From assembly GCA_964406665.1 (NCBI GenBank), contig CAYOSQ010000004.1, forward strand, positions 49,512 to 113,511: a DNA stretch of 64,000 nucleotides. The letters run 5' to 3'. Source of the DNA: an uncultured Planctomycetia bacterium (lineage in GTDB: Bacteria; Omnitrophota; Gorgyraeia; VGKH01; JBHPFN01). Every line of letters begins with the position of its first letter. Positions within the stretch are counted from its first letter, which is position 1. Both the position numbers and the translations under genes were made by a program. Below the pieces are notes generated by a model, which had not been told where the DNA came from, did no database searches, and saw nothing but the letters and a program-made list of their open reading frames with translations. Positions 57,112 through 64,000 of this stretch are shown here, piece after piece.

Positions 57112-57591
57112 TCAGTAAAAAACCTTTTTCTTTAATCTATCCCAATCTTCTAATAACTTAACACAACTTTCTCGATCTACTGCCGACTTAATTCTTACCT
57201 TGCTTTTTCCTAAAATCTTCATTTTTGAGTTACTGATACTTAACTCATTAAACCCGCGCAGCTTAACATCAGCTATGGATGTACCATAGTAAATTTTGTC
57301 TATGCGAGCCCAGTGAATTGCACTAAAACACATTGGACAGGGCTCAGTAGTAGAATATAACGCACAACCAGAAAGGTCAAATGTTTTTAGTTTTTTTGAA
57401 GCAGCTCTAATAGCACTAATTTCTGCATGAGAAGTCGCATCATTTTTTAATACCGTGTTACGGTTAATAGCTAGAATCTTGCCTTTTTTTACAATACATG
57501 CTCCAAAAGGTCCACCGTGAAGTTTTTTGAAATTCTTTCTCGCCTCTTTGTTAGCAAGGGCCATATATTTAGAGTGATTTATTTTACTCAT
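57112..57591 (-). CDS. Guanine/nucleoside deaminase (cytidine deaminase fold)
   Basis: GGPFGA, HAE, EPCPMC, AIHWAR. Confidence 0.9.
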   Translation of the reverse strand: MSKINHSKYMALANKEARKNFKKLHGGPFGACIVKKGKILAINRNTVLKNDATSHAEISAIRAASKKLKTFDLSGCALYSTTEPCPMCFSAIHWARIDKIYYGTSIADVKLRGFNELSISNSKMKILGKSKVRIKSAVDRESCVKLLEDWDRLKKKVFY

Positions 57592-57621
57592 TTCTAAAAA
57601 TTAAAATTAAATTATTTAAAA

Positions 57622-58128
57622 TCACTGAATCGCTGCCATGTTTATTACAATTACTGCAAACATAATCGCAGCGATTAAAACCTTTGCAATAATAGATCCT
57701 ACTCTACCCAAAACTCCTCCGGTACCAGCCTTAAATGATTTCATTAAATCCTTATGAACAACTAATTCTACGACAAGAGCACCAAGGAATATCCCCAAAA
57801 AAGTACCAAATATTAAACCTATGCCTAAAAATCCGGCACCGACAATCGCTCCGACAATCCCACCAATTAAAGCACCAAAAGCTGCTTTGTTAGATGCGCC
57901 TAACTTCTTAGCTCCCAAAATAACAAAAACATATTCGGCAGCTTCTCCGAATAAATAAAGGATCAATAAAATAATTAAATCTCTAACAGAAAGAACTAAA
58001 AAACCTGTTAGGGCAGAATATAAAAGAGCACCAATTAAAATAATAAAAGTTCCAAATGTAGTAAAGAATATCGCAGCAAAGCCTGCTAAGCTGCATACTA
58101 TTAATATTGTTAATGCTAATATTTCCAT
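57622..58128 (-). CDS. DUF456-like membrane protein
   Basis: Gly-rich TM helices, GAKKLGAS, GALIGGIVG. Confidence 0.8.
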   Translation of the reverse strand: MEILALTILIVCSLAGFAAIFFTTFGTFIILIGALLYSALTGFLVLSVRDLIILLILYLFGEAAEYVFVILGAKKLGASNKAAFGALIGGIVGAIVGAGFLGIGLIFGTFLGIFLGALVVELVVHKDLMKSFKAGTGGVLGRVGSIIAKVLIAAIMFAVIVINMAAIQ

Positions 58129-58295
58129 TTTTTGCCTTTTTTCTACTTATAACCTAGAAATATCTAGTCTAATTATCAAATGCTATATTAACTCTTTATC
58201 AGTATTTTAGCAAGAGCAAAGATGACCACGTTGACAAAAAAAGAAACGTGCTATTAAGCACGTTTCTTAAAACGCCAAGCTTACTGTAATCATCC

Positions 58296-58817
58296 TTAAA
58301 AGCCAATACCGTGGCTTTCTTCTAGCTCTTCTGCTGATCTATCAAAGAATTTTCTTCTTCGGCCTTCTTTATGCTGAAAACGCTTCTGCTTATGTTCCTG
58401 CTTTAAAGTTTTTAGCTGCTCAAATTGTTCAGGAGTTAAGAATTCCTTCATCTTCAAAACGTGAGAAATCCTTAAATCTACATTTTGCGCCATTAAAGAT
58501 TTTACTTCTGCTGCAATACTGTTTATCGCGGTAACATCTGATTCAGCAGTGCTTAAAGCTTCGTGCAATTCAACATTCTTTTCTTTTGTGGCTTTATGTA
58601 TTCTCTGTTTTTTTGCTTTAAACTCACTGCCTATCCGCTTTAGCTCCTCTTGCTGCTCTGCAGTAAGACCAAGTTTACCTGTAAGCTTACCCATCATATC
58701 AGCTTTATGTGCCTGGTATCCCTTGCCTCCTACATCAGGCATCTGGGCATAAGCCGCTGGTAAAACTAAAAGTACTGCTAAAATTACAATTGCGATTATT
58801 TTACTTTTCTTTCTCAT
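58296..58817 (-). CDS. Spy/CpxP-family periplasmic protein
   Basis: Signal peptide; LTAEQQ and LTPEQ (LTxxQ) motifs. Confidence 0.85.
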   Translation of the reverse strand: MRKKSKIIAIVILAVLLVLPAAYAQMPDVGGKGYQAHKADMMGKLTGKLGLTAEQQEELKRIGSEFKAKKQRIHKATKEKNVELHEALSTAESDVTAINSIAAEVKSLMAQNVDLRISHVLKMKEFLTPEQFEQLKTLKQEHKQKRFQHKEGRRRKFFDRSAEELEESHGIGF

Positions 58818-58840
58818 TTCAATCGCCTCCTTTCACTAAC

Positions 58841-58870
58841 TTAGACAAAACTACAATCAAAAAAGTTTCA
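58841..58870 (-). promoter_or_regulatory. ECF sigma promoter for the Spy-like gene
   Basis: Minus strand TGAAACTT-N16-GTCTAA; same elements as 59938-59967. Confidence 0.8.
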
Positions 58871-59392
58871 TTAAAGAAAATATTCCTCTATCGCCGTTCC
58901 AAAACCTGAATCAGCAAGACCATTAAAATCTTCTAAACTATCTCCGGCTAAATAAGATAAAAAATCAGCCTGTTCATAAAGATAGTCTCCAATTAAATCA
59001 TTCTTATCAGGCAATAGCTTAATAAAAGTTACACTAATAAGCATAACAGCGACAACAGTAGCAACCGCAAATACCGACTTAGGCACAACAGTTAAATTCC
59101 GCAACTTATCTAAAACATCCTGAAGCCAAGTTTTAGATAACTGTTCTTCTTCAATGGTATCTTTAATTTCCTGCCAGATATTTTCAGGAACAGCTACCTG
59201 ATCAACCTCTTCAAAAGGCTCCTTAGCATAACGCCTAAGAGAACTCTCTAACTGACTACATTGTTTACATCTATCAAGATGTTCTTTAAGCTGAATATAC
59301 AACTCCTCGCTTGTTTCTCCGTCGATATAATTAGTAAGCAGCAAATCTTTCACTTTTTTACATTTCATTATTTTCACCTCTTTCTTGACCAT
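58871..59392 (-). CDS. Zinc-finger (zf-HC2) anti-sigma factor
   Basis: YIDGE...HLDRCKQC (HxxxCxxC) plus one TM helix. Confidence 0.88.
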   Translation of the reverse strand: MVKKEVKIMKCKKVKDLLLTNYIDGETSEELYIQLKEHLDRCKQCSQLESSLRRYAKEPFEEVDQVAVPENIWQEIKDTIEEEQLSKTWLQDVLDKLRNLTVVPKSVFAVATVVAVMLISVTFIKLLPDKNDLIGDYLYEQADFLSYLAGDSLEDFNGLADSGFGTAIEEYFL

Positions 59393-59921
59393 AATGCAAT
59401 AAAGCCGCTCGTGCTCTTCTAAGCCGCGTACGGACTGTATTTATGTTAATTTTTAATATCTGAGAAATTTCTTTATAATTTTTTCCTTCGATTTCACGCA
59501 AAACTATACATACACGTTGCTGGGGATTAAGCATTTCTAATAAATTTTCTATTTTACTTCTCCTGCTTTCTTTCTCGATATTACCATCTACCTCTGAAGG
59601 AATACCATGAACCTTAATAATGCTTTCATAATCTGTCTTTCTTCTTAACTCCTTAGATACTTTTTTATATAAGTTTATAGCTGTATTTACTGTAATTCTA
59701 TATACCCAGGTTTTAAAAGACGATTCGAAACGGAATATTTTAAGATTCTTATATATCTTAAGAAACACGTCCTGAGTAACCTCCTGAGCATCTTCTTCGT
59801 TGCTAGTTACCCGCAAAGCAACATTATAAACAAAACCAGAAGTTACCTTATATACATGCTCAAAGGCTTCCAAATTGCCCTCAGATGCCTGCAATATAAT
59901 TTCTCTTGGAATATCTTCCAT
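59358..59921 (-). CDS. ECF RNA polymerase sigma factor (start reassigned to ATG 59921)
   Basis: DAQEVTQDVF, SFKTWVYRI, REIEGKNYKEIS..INTVRTRLRRAR; the track's TTG start at 59945 lies inside the promoter. Confidence 0.92.
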   Translation of the reverse strand: MEDIPREIILQASEGNLEAFEHVYKVTSGFVYNVALRVTSNEEDAQEVTQDVFLKIYKNLKIFRFESSFKTWVYRITVNTAINLYKKVSKELRRKTDYESIIKVHGIPSEVDGNIEKESRRSKIENLLEMLNPQQRVCIVLREIEGKNYKEISQILKININTVRTRLRRARAALLHYGQERGENNEM

Positions 59922-59937
59922 ATCTTCTTCTACCTTA

Positions 59938-59967
59938 TTAGACAAACAAAATTATGATAAAGTTTCA
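59938..59967 (-). promoter_or_regulatory. Autoregulatory ECF sigma promoter
   Basis: Minus strand TGAAACTT-N16-GTCTAA. Confidence 0.8.
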
Positions 59968-60109
59968 ATTATTTATTATATCATGCTTGGGGAAATGCAA
60001 CAATTTTGTTGGAAGCTAAAACCTTACAATAATTTATAAGCATATTAATTGACTGTTTAGTTAATTATCAGTATAATTAAATATAAATAGGATGATTTTA
60101 TAAATAAAT

Positions 60110-60616
60110 ATGAAAATCAAAAATATAGCAATATCAATATTATTTCTTGGAATACTTCTTTTAACCGAAGCCGCTTTCGCCTTTCAATTTGAAGACTATC
60201 GATGGGGAAGATCTATTGCAGAGATACGATCACTAGTAATCAAAAAAGGCAAGGTGCCTTTACGTATAAAAGAAGATAGAATCATCAAATATTTCGATAA
60301 TATTTTAGGCGAAGAATGCACTGTTACGCTAGAATTCACCCCTTCCAGTAAAGTTCTTGCTTCAATAAGAATCTTTTTCCAAGATAAGAGTATTGGAGAA
60401 GACATTAAGAATCTTCTTGCAGAGAAACACGGAGATTTTGACCAACCTAATATCTTCTTCAAAGAATATTATTGGAGAGGTAATTCAGACTATGACTCTA
60501 TAATACTAAATTACGATTATGCCGGAACAACGTTGCTTTACTTCGGAGGAGTTTTTCAAGAAAAATACGAATTAGAATTTCAGAGATTGGGAGAAAAAGA
60601 GAAGCAACGTTTCTAA
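60110..60616 (+). CDS. Exported hypothetical protein
   Basis: Signal peptide ending AFA; upstream TTGACT-N17-TATAAT at 60049-60077. Confidence 0.7.
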   Translation: MKIKNIAISILFLGILLLTEAAFAFQFEDYRWGRSIAEIRSLVIKKGKVPLRIKEDRIIKYFDNILGEECTVTLEFTPSSKVLASIRIFFQDKSIGEDIKNLLAEKHGDFDQPNIFFKEYYWRGNSDYDSIILNYDYAGTTLLYFGGVFQEKYELEFQRLGEKEKQRF

Positions 60617-60649
60617 TACGTTAGCAAAAAATCAATAAATATGTTAATA

Positions 60650-60680
60650 AAAAGGCCCGAGATTTTCATCTCGGGCCTTT
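60650..60680. terminator. Bidirectional intrinsic terminator
   Basis: aaaggcccgaga-ttttca-tctcgggccttt between convergent genes. Confidence 0.8.
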
Positions 60681-60699
60681 CTTGGTTCATCGGTGTTCG

Positions 60700-60900
60700 T
60701 TATATTTTCTTAACGTTCGTTGCCTGTTCGCCTTTAGGACCTTGTGTGATATCGAACTCAACCTCTGCACCTTCGTCTAAGGTTTTATAACCATCTCCTG
60801 TTATAGCAGTATGATGTACGAATACATCATTGCCTTCTTCAGGTGTGATAAAACCATAGCCTTTTTGGTTGTTAAACCACTTTACTTTTCCTTTTGCCAT
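60700..60900 (-). CDS. cspA: Cold-shock protein
   Basis: GKVKWFN..KGYGFI, DVFVH, GPKG.QA.NV. Confidence 0.96.
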   Translation of the reverse strand: MAKGKVKWFNNQKGYGFITPEEGNDVFVHHTAITGDGYKTLDEGAEVEFDITQGPKGEQATNVKKI

Positions 60901-61142
60901 TACTTACTACCCTCCTTCCCTCTGCTTTTATTTCATAGCAAATAACGGCCAGCCCCAACTGACTACAAGGCAATTGGAACATTCCTGACTACGTTTGGTG
61001 AATCAGGGTAGAACAATAAAAACCGTCAAGGCTGATTCTTTATGCTGCCTGACGGCTTTTAAAGACATCTACTCCCCTATTTACTACTACATTTACTACT
61101 ACATCTACGTTAAAGCATACCTGAAAAATGCCATTTTGTCAA
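60901..61142 (-). promoter_or_regulatory. csp promoter and ~200-nt leader with an internal terminator-like hairpin
   Basis: TTGACA(61142-61137)-N17-TATGCT; hairpin 61021-61058 followed by a T-run; seven GTAGT motifs. Confidence 0.6.
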
Positions 61143-61204
61143 CATAATTATGCAAACGGACAAATTTACCTATTTTCCGATAATTTCTGAAAATTTACTG
61201 TTTT

Positions 61205-61633
61205 TTAAGGAAGATTTTGATGAGCTTTCGTAAATAAGTCCTTCACAGAAGTCCGAAGAAGAACTATGAAATCAAATACCCCTAATACTGTACCAAAAGG
61301 GAAAAATAAACAGCTTAAACCTGAAGCAAATAAGCAAAATACATAATGGCTTCTCCTGGCAATGAAACGACCGGCTAAGATAATACATATAGAAGCGCTC
61401 CAACCTAACAAAACCATGACGCCTCCAATTACAGCAAACATCCAACCAACAAATGGTGGAGATACATTACCAGATTTATCTGTCATCGTCTCAGGAGAAA
61501 CAATCATGCTAATGCCTATAACTAAATGCATTATAGGAAAACAAGAGAAGAATATTCCCATCACCCCTACAACATAGTGAAAAGTACTTAAAAGCTTTAA
61601 GTGCTCTTGATCCTTGTTAGCTTCTTCAGGCAT
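61205..61633 (-). CDS. Hypothetical membrane protein
   Basis: HLKLLSTFHYV, three to four TMs, FPFGTVLGVF. Confidence 0.75.
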   Translation of the reverse strand: MPEEANKDQEHLKLLSTFHYVVGVMGIFFSCFPIMHLVIGISMIVSPETMTDKSGNVSPPFVGWMFAVIGGVMVLLGWSASICIILAGRFIARRSHYVFCLFASGLSCLFFPFGTVLGVFDFIVLLRTSVKDLFTKAHQNLP

Positions 61634-61662
61634 AACATCCTTCTTGTTAAAATTATTTTTGA

Positions 61663-64000
61663 TTATTCTGTTAAGTTAAAATAAAAAACAGCATTGCCAT
61701 AAGGAGTACGGACAGTAACAGGACCAGAGATTGCATCATCCGGAACAATGCACTTAATTAACCTATCAGACCAATATGTAATTTCGGCAAAGCCGTAATT
61801 TTCACTACCTGGCGCAGGATAGAACTGAATTTCACCCACAGCATTAGTAAATCTATTTCCAAATATTCTGATTTCAGTTCCCCTGGGTGCTGAATCAGGA
61901 ATCACCCTTGAAATTACTGGTGGTCGAATTATATGAAGTACGGATTCGTTACTATCTCCTTGGGAAGTTTGAACTTTAACCATACCATAAGTTTTTCCAT
62001 CAGATGCACTACTTGGCACATACACATGAATTAAAGTATCCGACCAAGAAATAACCGGGATAGTCACACCTTCAAATAACACCACTGAATCACCTTGTGC
62101 TTCCCCGAAATTCATTCCAGATATTGTAAAATCGCCATACTCAAGAATTGTCTCTGGATTAAGTCCGATAATATAGGGAACAGTGATAGGCTGCAGCAAA
62201 TAATCCTTGATTAATTCTGTTAAAGAAAAATTTACAGAGTGATAATTCAAAGTTGCATATTTACTAAATTTTTCCAAGAGCTGTTCAAAAGAATCTCCTG
62301 GGCTTCCATCTCCTTGAATTTCTCTTAATTTTGGTAATTCGTCATTATAGCCTGAATGATTAAGCAATCCCCACTCGGAAGGAGAATTAACAAATTTATA
62401 TGTCCAGGGAGACCAACTCCAGTGCTGTTGATTGAAAGTCTCTAAATAATATTCCCAGATACCCCTTTGGCTAAATCCATGAAACTCCCCGACTAATACA
62501 GGCACATCGTATAAGTCCTGATAAATTTCTGCTTCAGCAACTTTTTGATCAATAAAATCTATATGCGCTGTAACATCTTCATCATGTCCCCAAAGATAAT
62601 AATGGAACTGATACATTACATTTTCCCAACTTTGTTCACTAGGATTAGGTAATGTATCCCAGTCCCAAATTCCTTCCATAACAATTATATGATTATTATC
62701 TATTGCCCGAATAGCATCATAAATCCTATCGTAAAGATCCCAGAGAATCTCAGGAGTTTGCGCTCCGGTTGGTTCATTCAATAAATCATATCCACAAACT
62801 GCAGTATTATCCTGATAATGCTGGGCAATAGCTTCCCAGATTTCTATCGTTCGGTTTCTAAACTCTTCTCCTTCTGGACTATCCTCAAACAATCTATTAA
62901 GTCCAAGCTGTCCTGTATGCGCCTCAGGACTTTGACCACCCGGTGCACCATGCAAATCTAGCATAATATAAATTCCTCTATCTTCACACTCTTTAACAAT
63001 TCTATCGATTGCACTAAAATCTACTTGTCCGCTTTCATCTGCTATCCAATTACCTTCATCATCCTGCAACAATCTGAAAAATATTGGTAAACGGACAAAA
63101 TTAACCCGCATATTTTTTAGCTTATCAAAATCAATTGCTTTAGCATACTCTTGCTGATAAACAGTAAGCAGCTCATCACTTCCTTCTTGACCAAAACGAG
63201 TAGTAAGAATGTCGCGAATGGTAAAATCATCTTCGATATTAGGATCATCACCTGCGCCAATACCAGTCATCCATTTTTCTATTAAGAATAATCCTCCTAA
63301 ATTTACTCCTTGTAATATTACTTCACTACCTGTGCCATCTTCGTCTTTTAATATTGTACCAACAGTTTTCAAAAATCCTTCTCCAGGAACATAGGTCTGA
63401 GGCATGCTCCAAGAAGTAACATCAGTTACTGTACCTTTTTTGATATGTGTTATTCTTTTGCTTCTTTCACCTTCGGGAATGGCTTCTTGAAAATGTAGAT
63501 CATTTAAAATTACCTTTTTATATTCTACATTTAATCCTCTTACTCTATACCAATGTCCTTCTGTAGCATTTAAAGGATTATTGGGGTACCGTCCTTTATA
63601 AATTCTACGCCAAGGCCCTTCTTTATTTAGAGCAGATTCTACCTCATACCAATCTCCCTGAGGAATTGCGTTCCATTCAAGGAAACCATCTTTCAATCTT
63701 TCAACATCCATTACAATAGGCGTTGGAACATAAAATGCTACATCGCTCCAACTTGAAATATAGGGAACATTATTTCCAGAAGTATTTCTTTCTTCCCAGC
63801 GAACTCTATACCATAGTTTTGTAATCCTTGTTACATTGAATCTATTTCTTACACCGTCATATACTTGTAACCATGGTCCATTAGAACTAATTCTACTTTC
63901 TTCTAAGATGTATTTACCTGCTCCCTCAACTCGATCCCATGAAACTATACCCTGAGAAAGACTTTCTTCATCTATTTTAATAATTTCTCCACTGGCACGG
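61663..64000 (-). CDS. Multidomain glycoside hydrolase family 5 with N-terminal FN3-like repeats and C-terminal IPT/TIG domains (runs off right edge)
   Basis: GVNLGG, VRLPI, LDLHGAPG, YDLLNEP, HYY, VGEF; two SWSD-type IPT repeats; frame stays open from 63711 to the window edge. Confidence 0.9.
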   Translation of the reverse strand, partial: RASGEIIKIDEESLSQGIVSWDRVEGAGKYILEESRISSNGPWLQVYDGVRNRFNVTRITKLWYRVRWEERNTSGNNVPYISSWSDVAFYVPTPIVMDVERLKDGFLEWNAIPQGDWYEVESALNKEGPWRRIYKGRYPNNPLNATEGHWYRVRGLNVEYKKVILNDLHFQEAIPEGERSKRITHIKKGTVTDVTSWSMPQTYVPGEGFLKTVGTILKDEDGTGSEVILQGVNLGGLFLIEKWMTGIGAGDDPNIEDDFTIRDILTTRFGQEGSDELLTVYQQEYAKAIDFDKLKNMRVNFVRLPIFFRLLQDDEGNWIADESGQVDFSAIDRIVKECEDRGIYIMLDLHGAPGGQSPEAHTGQLGLNRLFEDSPEGEEFRNRTIEIWEAIAQHYQDNTAVCGYDLLNEPTGAQTPEILWDLYDRIYDAIRAIDNNHIIVMEGIWDWDTLPNPSEQSWENVMYQFHYYLWGHDEDVTAHIDFIDQKVAEAEIYQDLYDVPVLVGEFHGFSQRGIWEYYLETFNQQHWSWSPWTYKFVNSPSEWGLLNHSGYNDELPKLREIQGDGSPGDSFEQLLEKFSKYATLNYHSVNFSLTELIKDYLLQPITVPYIIGLNPETILEYGDFTISGMNFGEAQGDSVVLFEGVTIPVISWSDTLIHVYVPSSASDGKTYGMVKVQTSQGDSNESVLHIIRPPVISRVIPDSAPRGTEIRIFGNRFTNAVGEIQFYPAPGSENYGFAEITYWSDRLIKCIVPDDAISGPVTVRTPYGNAVFYFNLTE

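Noticed and set aside
22697-63394. Many 60-170 aa ORFs antisense to housekeeping genes
   Set aside because: Each is nested opposite a well-supported gene, with no RBS or recognisable motif.

Overview
AT-rich chromosomal window from a diderm bacterium. The mix of lpxA/lpxI, lptFG, mlaEFD and lolCD with Firmicutes-like mcsA-mcsB-clpC-radA-yacL-ispDF-cysE-cysS and tmk-holB-yaaT-metG blocks suggests the PVC group, possibly Ca. Omnitrophota; this is inference only. Left to right: (1) a type II secretion/pseudopilus cluster (gspE,F,G,H,I,J,K), interrupted between gspE and gspF by a highly palindromic element and a variant c-di-GMP-I riboswitch controlling an orphan ORF; (2) two integrase-less cassettes stacked at the 3' end of the tmRNA gene, each closed by a ~105-bp palindromic repeat containing a tmRNA 3' fragment, carrying a B12 radical SAM gene and a putative metal-responsive RPP-motif leader protein plus a secreted metallothionein-like protein; (3) smpB, whose stop codon lies inside the mature tmRNA 5' acceptor strand, suggesting trans-translation could regulate its own SmpB supply; (4) a 9.3-kb phage-satellite-like element integrated in tRNA-Leu(CAG); (5) a divergent bL27, a Maf-M48 fusion and a ~26-kb tightly packed housekeeping run from lysS to alr; (6) lpxA/lpxI, nadA, an ECF sigma/anti-sigma/Spy module with two matching ECF promoters, cspA with a repeat-rich leader, and a truncated multidomain GH5 gene. 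No CRISPR array or rRNA was seen. All family calls come from motif recognition, not database searches.
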